Assembly (NCBI GenBank): GCA_039812585.1
Contig: JBDIAW010000007.1
Coordinates: 1,162 to 65,161 of the forward strand
Source of the DNA: Actinomycetota bacterium
Lineage (GTDB): Bacteria; Actinomycetota; Actinomycetes; JBDIAW01
Length of the DNA: 64,000 bases
Reading direction: 5' to 3'
This document shows, in pieces, positions 19,552-27,992 of the stretch. Each line of letters begins with the position of its first letter. Positions within the stretch are counted from its first letter, which is position 1. The notes under the pieces are model-generated. The model did not search any database, was not told where the DNA came from, and was given only the letters and a program-made list of their open reading frames with translations. The translations under genes were made by a program, and so were the position numbers.

Positions 19552-22146
19552 CTATCTCGCTACTTTAGGGTTTAATCGAGGATGAATGCGTGCACAGACT
19601 ACACTCACGTACAATTGGGGTGGAATCACTTGATCCTGCTGCTGAGGTGCACGCACCATTATCGCCACAGGCAGGTCAGCAAGCATGGTAGCTAATTGCG
19701 CGTTACCGCCCTGGTAGACATCTCCGGTTAAGGTATTAATCCATTGACCTGGGGGAAGAGCAATAGTAGCACTATTGAAACCACCAGATTGATTCAAGCC
19801 ATGAGCAAGACGAGTAACCACGGCGATAACTGCCTGATTTCTTCCCTCACGTTTGAAGGCATAAGCATGATCGCTAGTGGTAGGGACCTGCTGGTAGGTG
19901 GAATCTGGGCTAAACGCATCGGGGCATTCTCGACGTAATCGTAAAGCGCTAGAAACTACTAGCATTTTTTGATCGTCAAGATCGTGAGGAGATCTACCTG
20001 CAGTAAGTGTCTGCATTCTGTGATTCAACGCGGCGTAGTTGACCAGTTCGCGATTGTCTGGATCAACACCCATCTGACGGACTACCTCACACCCTTGGTA
20101 TGTGTCCGGCACACCCGGGAATAGGAGTTGCACTGTAACTGCGCCAAGAATGTTTGCGCGAATCGCGTGAGACATCGCGTGATGGTATTGCCGGATAATT
20201 GTACGAACTTCGGTGCTTGCGCAAGCGCCTTCAACTAATTTTCGCACGGCTTCTTCATATTTATCATGTTCGTCATTTCGATCGCTCCAGCGAGTATAAG
20301 ACCCAGCTTCGCGAATAGATTTTTCCATGATAACTATTAAACGTTCGGTGATTTTTTTCAAGCCAGCTGCGTCAAGAACCGTTTGTAGGGGCCACACTGA
20401 CACTAACGTTTGCCAAAACAAATATTTGGTGGTTGCGTCCACCATAGTTTGACGCAATGTCGCTTCTTCCAGCTTACGAATAGTAGCATCCCATCCCTGA
20501 GGATCCTCGGTTGCGACCTGATTAATAGCGCGCAAGTCTCCTGACCGTTTAGTATCATGTGTATTTAATGTGGTCATGGTGGCTGGATATTTCTCTAGTA
20601 CGGTCTGGGCAAAAGCGGTTAATTCATCGGGATTGATCGCAAGTTGATCAGGATCTCCGCCCACCTCTTTCAAGGCAACAAGAAATGTATGGAGATAAAA
20701 TGCTTGATCTTCTTTTGCTTTTGCCATGAGTGGCCCAGCGGCTTGATTAAACCTAGTAGTAAATTCATTCATTATTGGGTCGGAGCTCACCGAAACGAGA
20801 ATGTCGTTCAGTATATGCAAAGCTGTTAAAGCAGACTCATCGTCACTGAGAACACCCTGTGCGTATGAGTAAGCTTTTTCTATGGTCAGTAATGAATCCT
20901 TAGAGGGAATTTGCCCAGGAACGGAGTATGATCTGTAGCATTGCATTCCTATGAGGAGCTGCACCAGCGCTGTCCTAACGCTATCTTCAGGCGCTTCATT
21001 AAGTTGTGGAATATTGTGTGCCAACCTCATGAGACGATGCACTTCAGGGTAAAGAATACTCGTCAGAACATGTATTTTTGCCGCAGTAACTACTTCTGAA
21101 AATTCCTCCGCTTGCTGGGTATATTTGATATACAATTCCCGTAATTTTTCTACACTTTGTGGATCTATAAATAATTTGTCGATTTTTTCGAGGGCTTTGT
21201 AGCCTGTATCCCCAGCAGTTTTCCAATCATCTGGTAATTGTTCATTTCCCTCGAGTATCTTTTCTACTATGACCCATGGTTTTTTCTCTTCCCCCCACAA
21301 TTGGGTCCAATTTTCAGTTAAATCATCCAGTAATTTTTTGGGGTTGGCTACGCCATCAATATGGTCACAACGTAACCCTACAAACACTTTACCTTCGGGA
21401 TCTATGGTATGAAGAATCTCTAACAACGGTGTGACAGTAGCGCGAAATACTTGTGGGTGTTCTACTTGAACACCTATGAGTTCATTGACGTTGAAAAAGC
21501 GTCGGTATCCAGGCCCCTCGCGCCAATCACCGAATCGATAATATTGTGCATCAAGCAAATCTCTGAGCGGTAGATTTTCGGTGCCTGCTTTGATGGGAAA
21601 GGTACGCTCGTCGTCACCATGATACAGTTTTAGTACGGATGAGCCATTACTCAGTCGCTCTACCCGAACAAGCCCCCATTGAATGCAGTCTTCAATAGAG
21701 CTGCCGAGGAACGGGAGGATGATTTTATTTCCCCCTAGCTCCCAGTCGACATCATAAAACTTCGCGCACTCACTTTCGGGACCGTATGTAAGTAATTGCC
21801 ATAGGGTCGGGTTTAATTGAACATCGCGAGGGAACCCTTGATGGTTAGGAACAATATCAATAATAATATGCATCCCGCGCGCCTGAACTTGTGCTGCAAG
21901 GCTGGCTAGCCCCTCCTCGCCACCAAGGTCAGAACTGATGATAGTGGGATTGACTACATTATAACCGTGGGTTGAACCGGGTTCCGCCTGTAAAACGGAA
22001 GATAAATAAAGAGTATCGATACCAAGTTCTTGAAGGTAATCCAGTTGATGTATTAAATCAGCAAAGGTAAACTCTGAACGTAACTGTACACGGTAAGTTG
22101 ACGATGGAACTTGAGTACCAATCTGCATGATGAGAACGCCTTTCAT
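19552..22146 (-). CDS. treY: malto-oligosyltrehalose synthase
   Basis: STYRVQLRSEFTFADLIHQLDYLQELGIDTLYLSS...DIVPNHQG. ~45% GC with AT-rich codon usage. The start may be the Met at 22128. Confidence 0.85.
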   Translation of the reverse strand: MKGVLIMQIGTQVPSSTYRVQLRSEFTFADLIHQLDYLQELGIDTLYLSSVLQAEPGSTHGYNVVNPTIISSDLGGEEGLASLAAQVQARGMHIIIDIVPNHQGFPRDVQLNPTLWQLLTYGPESECAKFYDVDWELGGNKIILPFLGSSIEDCIQWGLVRVERLSNGSSVLKLYHGDDERTFPIKAGTENLPLRDLLDAQYYRFGDWREGPGYRRFFNVNELIGVQVEHPQVFRATVTPLLEILHTIDPEGKVFVGLRCDHIDGVANPKKLLDDLTENWTQLWGEEKKPWVIVEKILEGNEQLPDDWKTAGDTGYKALEKIDKLFIDPQSVEKLRELYIKYTQQAEEFSEVVTAAKIHVLTSILYPEVHRLMRLAHNIPQLNEAPEDSVRTALVQLLIGMQCYRSYSVPGQIPSKDSLLTIEKAYSYAQGVLSDDESALTALHILNDILVSVSSDPIMNEFTTRFNQAAGPLMAKAKEDQAFYLHTFLVALKEVGGDPDQLAINPDELTAFAQTVLEKYPATMTTLNTHDTKRSGDLRAINQVATEDPQGWDATIRKLEEATLRQTMVDATTKYLFWQTLVSVWPLQTVLDAAGLKKITERLIVIMEKSIREAGSYTRWSDRNDEHDKYEEAVRKLVEGACASTEVRTIIRQYHHAMSHAIRANILGAVTVQLLFPGVPDTYQGCEVVRQMGVDPDNRELVNYAALNHRMQTLTAGRSPHDLDDQKMLVVSSALRLRRECPDAFSPDSTYQQVPTTSDHAYAFKREGRNQAVIAVVTRLAHGLNQSGGFNSATIALPPGQWINTLTGDVYQGGNAQLATMLADLPVAIMVRAPQQQDQVIPPQLYVSVVCARIHPRLNPKVAR

Positions 22147-22225
22147 GACGTTTCCTACTTAAACTGCCCCAAGTATGCCCTACATCGGTAGGGAATACTG
22201 CTTAAACGCGCGAAGATGTAGGAAG

Positions 22226-22687
22226 TCAAGAGTTCAGTTCGTAAGGACTGAACTCTTCTACCGTGCGTCGCCTGATCATCGTGCTGCTGACCCCTGGGGT
22301 ATAGCCGAAATACTCCACGGCTGCGCCGAGGGCTTTTAGGCGCTCTGCATCGGCTATCCATCCTGGCTCGTGGGCGCGGTCGTCTCCGGCGAACAGGCAG
22401 TCAAAACCCCAGCGCTGCCAAGCGGCTACTTTGTCGATGGTGGTGTGATCAACCAGCACCACCTCATCGACGTAGCGGAGGGCAGCCAGGATTTCGGCGC
22501 GATCTGCGGCTGTGATCACTGGAGGGCGCTGCTTGAAGAAAATCACTAATTCATCGGTGAGAACTCCCACACGTAGATGCTGACAGCGGGCGCGCGCTTG
22601 ACGCAGCAGGGCTAAGTGGCCCACGTGGAACAGGTCGAAAACTCCCGCAATGTAACCACGCGCATACCTTGGGTCAAGTTGGGACAC
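22226..22687 (-). CDS. glycerol-3-phosphate cytidylyltransferase-like (TagD/TarD family)
   Basis: GVFDLFHVGHLALLRQARA (HxGH nucleotidyltransferase motif). Start taken as GTG 22687; the track ORF runs to 22810 and overlaps the upstream gene. Confidence 0.7.
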   Translation of the reverse strand: MSQLDPRYARGYIAGVFDLFHVGHLALLRQARARCQHLRVGVLTDELVIFFKQRPPVITAADRAEILAALRYVDEVVLVDHTTIDKVAAWQRWGFDCLFAGDDRAHEPGWIADAERLKALGAAVEYFGYTPGVSSTMIRRRTVEEFSPYELNS

Positions 22688-25628
22688 GGTGACACTCTCC
22701 CACAGAAAAGGTTTCCGGGCCGGCAAGCAGGTCCAGAGCGGCGGGCAGAACGCGGGTCCGGCGGATACCCCAGGCGTTGACTTGGCGGCGAATGGCGTCA
22801 ACGAACACATTGCAGATCACCACACACGTACGTTGCGGATCCACACCTGCCAACACGGCGGGAGATTGCACCGTCAAACCATGGCTGAGGGTGCCCCAGC
22901 GGTTCATGTCGTTATCCACCAAAATCTGCACGGGTAAGGGGGAGTGGGTGCTGTTCTCTTGATCCCACAGCTGCCCCGCCCCGAAGGCCACCACCGTCCA
23001 CTCCTGCAAACCTGTCCACGGATGGTGATACCAGCGCAACACCTCGGCATACCCACAGTCAGGATCCAACCACGCCGGGTGGCCCCGATGGTGGCGCAGG
23101 CCACCTCCAGGGCCGCCGTCGGGATCGGCAAAGGTGGCTCCGTACAGCTGGGGCAGCAGCAGGTGTGGCTGCGCCGGAGTAGGCACCTGCAACTGTTCGA
23201 AATCGTGCGTTGTGTGCCACGAACTGAAGTGATGCGCGGGTAACCCTTGGTACTCATAGCTACCGGTGTATTGGGTGAGCACCGCCGCAAGGCCAGTACG
23301 TGCAGCGTCGTAGGTGCGCACCTGCTGTTGCCACTGGGCCAACGGTTGACCAGCAGGCAGTGAGGCGGCCTGCTGGCACACCTGCTCCCACCGCTGTGCG
23401 GAACAATCGAGAAAACCGTGCCGGCGTGGTCCATACCGTTGGGCGAACACTAAACGTTGCAGGTGGCGCAACTGGTCAACATGCTCCTGGTGTGCAGCCT
23501 GGTCGGCGGGCACACCATCCACAGCAGTGATATCAATCCACATCCCCGCGTGGTGGGGTTGCCCAGCGTGCAGATGCTCCAACGCGGTGGTCGTGCTGTC
23601 TCGCAAGCGCAAAGCCCCGCCGAGAAAAAAATGCGGATCGGAGTCCGGGGTCTGCAGCCACAGCCCGGCTGGCCAGACGTTGGCGGGCAGGGCAACCAGA
23701 ACGTCAAAATCAGCTCGAGGCATCACCACGTCCAGGTCATCATCCCAGGGGATGAAGCCATCGTGGCGAAGTGCCCCCAGCAGGCTGCCATACATCACCG
23801 CCCAGCGCAGACCATGGGCGTGACAGACCTGGCCCAAGTGTTGCACCAACTGCAGTTGCACCTGCCACTGCCGCTTACGAATCCAGCTGATACTCGGGTC
23901 TCGGGCCGTACTGGCCCGCAGCAGCGGTAACTGCGGGTCAGTGGGGGTCGCCGCGTCCTGGTAGCGCCGGGCCGTCAGCGCAACCGGGGAGCTGTGCTGC
24001 CACGACCGCATCACCTGGTGGGTGTGATGGGCGCGGTTGGCAGCAACGAACGCGTACTCCTGCTCCAACCATTGCTGCCACTGCTCAGTCAGGCCGTAGC
24101 GGTGCTTCAATCCCTCCAAGCTGACCACCGTGTCGAGGGCGGGATTGAAGAAGTAGCTGTAGTGCAACGCCCGCACCATGATGGAGCCCATCGTCAGGTT
24201 AGGCTGGCAAAACTCCTGGTCAAACCACAGAAACTGCCCGTCGCGGTAAAAGCAGTTGAAGGGGACCAGGTCCAGAAAAGCCTGCTGCAGCACGGTGGTG
24301 CTGTTCCACGCTGCCAGCTGCGGTTGCCCCTGGACTCCCGCCGGATGGGGATCAACGGAGCAGCCCAGGGGCGGGCTGCTGCGCATGATCTGCTCGGCCA
24401 AACCGTCGAAAATGCAGATGAGCTGCCGGCCAACGTCAGCAAACGCGGGGATCGCGGCCAGGTGGCCGGCCAGAGTGGGACCCTCCACGTGAGGTAAGCG
24501 AACGGCAGGCCCGGGCTCCAGCTGGTGATCCAAAACGGTCAAGCCACGCTGGCGCAACGTGGCTGTATGGCTGACCAGCGCCTCGATCGCCGGATGGCCC
24601 GCTGACCACAAAGCACGCTTACGCACCGTGTGGTCGTGGTGCATGGTGGTGATCAGCGCATGCCCCACCTCCCGGTCGCTGGAGATCACCGCGCAGGTAG
24701 GGCTTTCGGCAGGGATCTGCTGACCGGCCAGCACCACAAACCCCTGGGAGAAGAACTGCTGCACCCCATTCTCGCGTAAAGCTGCCCACAGGTGAGCGGG
24801 CTCCGCGACCTGGCCCTGCCGCGTGGGGGAGTAGGTGGACAACCGGGAGAACACCTCCGGCTGCGGCTGGTAACTATCGGTGAGGATCAGCTGAGGCACA
24901 TGGTGATCGGGCAGAGGTTGGTGGACACGGACCTGGGCCAATCCGGCCTGGTGGCACAGTTGCTGAACCTGGGCCAAGCTGCGCTGGGGATGAGCTCCCG
25001 CGTAGTGCTGCATCCCCTCGAAGGCAGCATCGCCACTGCCAGGTTCGGGCAGGCCACACCAACCCGACAACGCAAACCGATTCGGCAACGCCCACAGCAA
25101 CACCCCGTGCGGGGGCAAACTCTCGGCGATGCGCGCCAGCAATTGCACGGTAGCGTGATCGCGGCGTTCGCCAGTGTCAACAAACCACGGCCAGCCATCA
25201 AGCACCACCAGATCCCACTGGCCCTGGTGGTGAGCAGGCAACAACGCAGGCAGATCGGTGGGGCTGACCAGAGTCAGGCTGCTGCCGGCGGGCACAGCCT
25301 GGGCCGGCAGGCGCGCGGTCAAAAAATCCTCACGCGGGCTGCCCAGCGCTACCACACTGACCTGCGTGCGGGCCTGCTGCCCCGATCGGCGCAGCAACGC
25401 CTCAGTCAGCTCCCCGTAGTTAGGGTTGATCTCCAACACTGATGCTGATGGAGGCAGCGGATACCACGCCACCACGGCATCACGCAGGGGGCTCAGCGCC
25501 CGAAAGACCTCCCAGCGGCCATCAGCGGTGATCACCTCGGTGAATCGGTGGGGGTCCAGGCTTGGAGCGTGCTGCTGCAAGGCACGCAGAATGACCTGCT
25601 CTGGCTGCGGCCTGCCCGCACTGCTCAT
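22674..25628 (-). CDS. large multidomain protein with central LicD-family phosphotransferase domain and C-terminal Rossmann-like domain
   Basis: MYGSLLGALRHDGFIPWDDDLDVVMPRADFD is the LicD motif. ATG at 25628 (MSSAGRPQ) overlaps the upstream stop as ATGA. C-terminus has GAGQLWD...ILVDNDMNRWG. Confidence 0.75.
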   Translation of the reverse strand: MSSAGRPQPEQVILRALQQHAPSLDPHRFTEVITADGRWEVFRALSPLRDAVVAWYPLPPSASVLEINPNYGELTEALLRRSGQQARTQVSVVALGSPREDFLTARLPAQAVPAGSSLTLVSPTDLPALLPAHHQGQWDLVVLDGWPWFVDTGERRDHATVQLLARIAESLPPHGVLLWALPNRFALSGWCGLPEPGSGDAAFEGMQHYAGAHPQRSLAQVQQLCHQAGLAQVRVHQPLPDHHVPQLILTDSYQPQPEVFSRLSTYSPTRQGQVAEPAHLWAALRENGVQQFFSQGFVVLAGQQIPAESPTCAVISSDREVGHALITTMHHDHTVRKRALWSAGHPAIEALVSHTATLRQRGLTVLDHQLEPGPAVRLPHVEGPTLAGHLAAIPAFADVGRQLICIFDGLAEQIMRSSPPLGCSVDPHPAGVQGQPQLAAWNSTTVLQQAFLDLVPFNCFYRDGQFLWFDQEFCQPNLTMGSIMVRALHYSYFFNPALDTVVSLEGLKHRYGLTEQWQQWLEQEYAFVAANRAHHTHQVMRSWQHSSPVALTARRYQDAATPTDPQLPLLRASTARDPSISWIRKRQWQVQLQLVQHLGQVCHAHGLRWAVMYGSLLGALRHDGFIPWDDDLDVVMPRADFDVLVALPANVWPAGLWLQTPDSDPHFFLGGALRLRDSTTTALEHLHAGQPHHAGMWIDITAVDGVPADQAAHQEHVDQLRHLQRLVFAQRYGPRRHGFLDCSAQRWEQVCQQAASLPAGQPLAQWQQQVRTYDAARTGLAAVLTQYTGSYEYQGLPAHHFSSWHTTHDFEQLQVPTPAQPHLLLPQLYGATFADPDGGPGGGLRHHRGHPAWLDPDCGYAEVLRWYHHPWTGLQEWTVVAFGAGQLWDQENSTHSPLPVQILVDNDMNRWGTLSHGLTVQSPAVLAGVDPQRTCVVICNVFVDAIRRQVNAWGIRRTRVLPAALDLLAGPETFSVGECHRVPT

Positions 25629-26851
25629 GTGGGCACCCGCAGGGCAATCATGCCCCGGCCCAGGTCGTCGCGCAGATGCAGCCCGTCGAGGAAGGATAAC
25701 TCCAGGCGGGAGTAGGTGCTGCTGATGTGGCGCCACAGGCGGTCGGCAAACTCCGGGTAGACAGCTTTGGCCCCACCGGCCAGCGCGGCGGGGGAGATGA
25801 GGCTGCTCAGCTCGGCCACCATCGAGGCCCACGTATCGCGCACGGCAGCGTGCAGCTGCTCCAGGCAAGCCAGGTGGGCACTGCAGCGATGCTCGGCAAA
25901 GCTGAGGAACGCTCCCGCGCAGTTCATGGTGGACACCGACGCTTCGGTGGAGGTCACCATCGTCTCTAACAGGTGGTAGCGGCCCAGCAACCAGCTGGGA
26001 TGCTCCCCTGGGTGCACGCCGCGAGTCAGCAGCGCACTCACCTGCCCGTGCCAGTCGGGCATCCCCCGGTAAAAGCCCAGGTAGAAGCCCTGCCAGTCGG
26101 CTGTGACCAATTGCTCCAAGCCGGCCTGGCACGTGCCCATCGAGACCAGATCGAAAAAGGCGAACGTGCCGCCCTCGCGCACCCCCAAGCGGTGCAGGTA
26201 GGCACTGTAATGCTGACGCAAGCCTGCGGCGTCCTGCAAAATCTGATCGCGATGCGCAAAGGCGCGCTGCAGGGCCAGCTGAGCTCCAGCCGCATCCAAC
26301 GCCGTGCGCGGGGCATCTGGGCTGCTGGTGGACACCCCCGCAAGGCCAGCGGGCAGGCGCTCGGCCAGCAGGTCATCCACCGTGCCGGCAAAGGGGGAGT
26401 GGCACAGGGCAGCTAGATCCTGGTCGCTGCGCAGGCTGGCCTTGCTGATGAGGCTTCGGGAGATGCGTAAATAGCGCGAGGCTGGCAGATTGTGCCCGCC
26501 GGGCAAGTGGCGCAACGACTCATAGAGCTGGCGCAGCAGCAGGCCATCGCGAGCGGCGAAAAGAACCAGGTGAGGTTGGCGCAGCATCATCTGCTGGGCC
26601 AACCACACGGTGAAAACGCCCAGCAGCGGCCCGAGAATGAGCTGGCCCACCTGCGTCATCGAACTCAACCGGGGGCGGGGGTCCTCCGGCGGCCCACCCA
26701 ATCGCTGGGCGTGCTCGATCACTGCCCGGGCCACGTGGTGCTCCAGGGGGGATCGGGCCAGGTGCTCCAAGTCCGCCCAGGGGTGTGCACTGTCCTGCTG
26801 TGGTGAGATCTCCGGCAGCCTGGGGGTGTCAGTGGGGGTGGGCCAGGGCAT
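25625..26851 (-). CDS. hypothetical protein carrying an uncharacterised domain paralogous to the C-terminal half of 30247..32478
   Basis: LVLFAARDGLLLRQLYE and GTFAFFDLVSMGTCQAGLEQL align with LYVAARDGFILQRLITD and DTIAFCDFVSAGTSQLALEDVL in the other protein. Confidence 0.5.
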   Translation of the reverse strand: MPWPTPTDTPRLPEISPQQDSAHPWADLEHLARSPLEHHVARAVIEHAQRLGGPPEDPRPRLSSMTQVGQLILGPLLGVFTVWLAQQMMLRQPHLVLFAARDGLLLRQLYESLRHLPGGHNLPASRYLRISRSLISKASLRSDQDLAALCHSPFAGTVDDLLAERLPAGLAGVSTSSPDAPRTALDAAGAQLALQRAFAHRDQILQDAAGLRQHYSAYLHRLGVREGGTFAFFDLVSMGTCQAGLEQLVTADWQGFYLGFYRGMPDWHGQVSALLTRGVHPGEHPSWLLGRYHLLETMVTSTEASVSTMNCAGAFLSFAEHRCSAHLACLEQLHAAVRDTWASMVAELSSLISPAALAGGAKAVYPEFADRLWRHISSTYSRLELSFLDGLHLRDDLGRGMIALRVPT

Positions 26852-27992
26852 AGAGAACCGTCTCCGCAGGGTAGATGCTGTAGTGGCGCAGGTAGAGCGT
26901 GTAATCGGGGACCAGCGAGGTGATGAGTTCCGGGATGATCACCACGTCCTCCGGGCGGTGGTAAACCGAGATCGCCAAGCTGGGACGGTGAGTGGTGATG
27001 GTCGAACGCGCCCCCCACAGCGCTTCGTACTCTGCGCCCTCAATGTCCATCTTGATGAAGCTGACCGCCCGGCCCTGCAGCCAGGAGTCCAGGTCGGTCA
27101 CCTCAATACTGTCTGCGGCTTGGGCGGCGATGGTCGAGCTGCCGTTGCTGGTAGCAAGAAAGCCCAACCGGGTTTGGTGGCTCCACAACCCCAGGGGTAC
27201 CAGCGTGCACGCCGGGCGCCGCCCCGCCTGGACCAGCTGGTGGGCGCGGGCGAGGTTGGCCGGATCGGGCTCGAAGGCGTAAAACTGCCCTCGGTGCTCA
27301 GGGCCGTAGTGGCGTTGCATGACCTCAGCAAAGGCTTGGGTGGTCTCCAGCTCCAACGCCCCGGCATCCACCACCACCTCATCGGCGCGCAGGTGCACCA
27401 AGCCTGGTTCCAGGTATTGCACCGACAGATCCGCGCTGCCGCCCAGAATGTGCTCCGGGCTGACCCCGTGGGCTAGCAGCAGTGTGCGCATCTGGTCGGC
27501 ATACATCTCCGAGCCCAACAGGAAGCGCACCGGGCGGCCTTGATGGTAGGCGGCAACGACCTCCAGAGGATGCTCCACGGGCAGATCCTTGGTGGCGCTC
27601 AGTGCGCTGTTGCGGTCGCAGAAACTATGCACCTGCACACCCAACTGTGACTGCACAATCCAGCGCAGCGCATCCCCCTCCCCCCCAGCCCCATAGATCA
27701 CCAGCTGGCAGGAAGGCGCCAGAGCGGCGAGTTGATCGAGCAAACGCTGCCAGCTAAAGGGCTCCTTCAACTGGACCAGACCTTGATCGACCAGATCCAT
27801 CATGCACATCGGGTCGTGGGTGTGGTTCATCTGGAGTCGGGCAGCCAGGATGGTGCGAGAGTGCTCATCGGCCAACCGGTCAGCTACCGCCTCGGCCTGT
27901 GCCGTAGTGGGCACCGGGCGCTGCACTGGCAGGCCCAACGGTGCCGGGTCGCAGGCCAGGCTGGGTGGGGCTGGGTGCAGATTCAGGCTCAT
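26829..27992 (-). CDS. FkbM-family methyltransferase with N-terminal Rossmann-like domain
   Basis: FIKMDIEGAEYEAL FkbM motif. ATG at 27992 forms an ATGA overlap with the TagF-like stop. N-terminal QLVIYGAGGEGD. Confidence 0.7.
   Translation of the reverse strand: MSLNLHPAPPSLACDPAPLGLPVQRPVPTTAQAEAVADRLADEHSRTILAARLQMNHTHDPMCMMDLVDQGLVQLKEPFSWQRLLDQLAALAPSCQLVIYGAGGEGDALRWIVQSQLGVQVHSFCDRNSALSATKDLPVEHPLEVVAAYHQGRPVRFLLGSEMYADQMRTLLLAHGVSPEHILGGSADLSVQYLEPGLVHLRADEVVVDAGALELETTQAFAEVMQRHYGPEHRGQFYAFEPDPANLARAHQLVQAGRRPACTLVPLGLWSHQTRLGFLATSNGSSTIAAQAADSIEVTDLDSWLQGRAVSFIKMDIEGAEYEALWGARSTITTHRPSLAISVYHRPEDVVIIPELITSLVPDYTLYLRHYSIYPAETVLYALAHPH

Noticed and set aside
22689-25442. Plus-strand ORFs antisense to the LicD-domain gene
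   Set aside because: Shadow ORFs inside a coding region with a recognisable LicD motif on the other strand.
25625-26851. Possible annotation of 25625..26851 as a HAD phosphatase
   Set aside because: No DxDxT motif is present in this ORF, only in the N-terminal half of its paralogue 30247..32478. It was left as an unknown domain.
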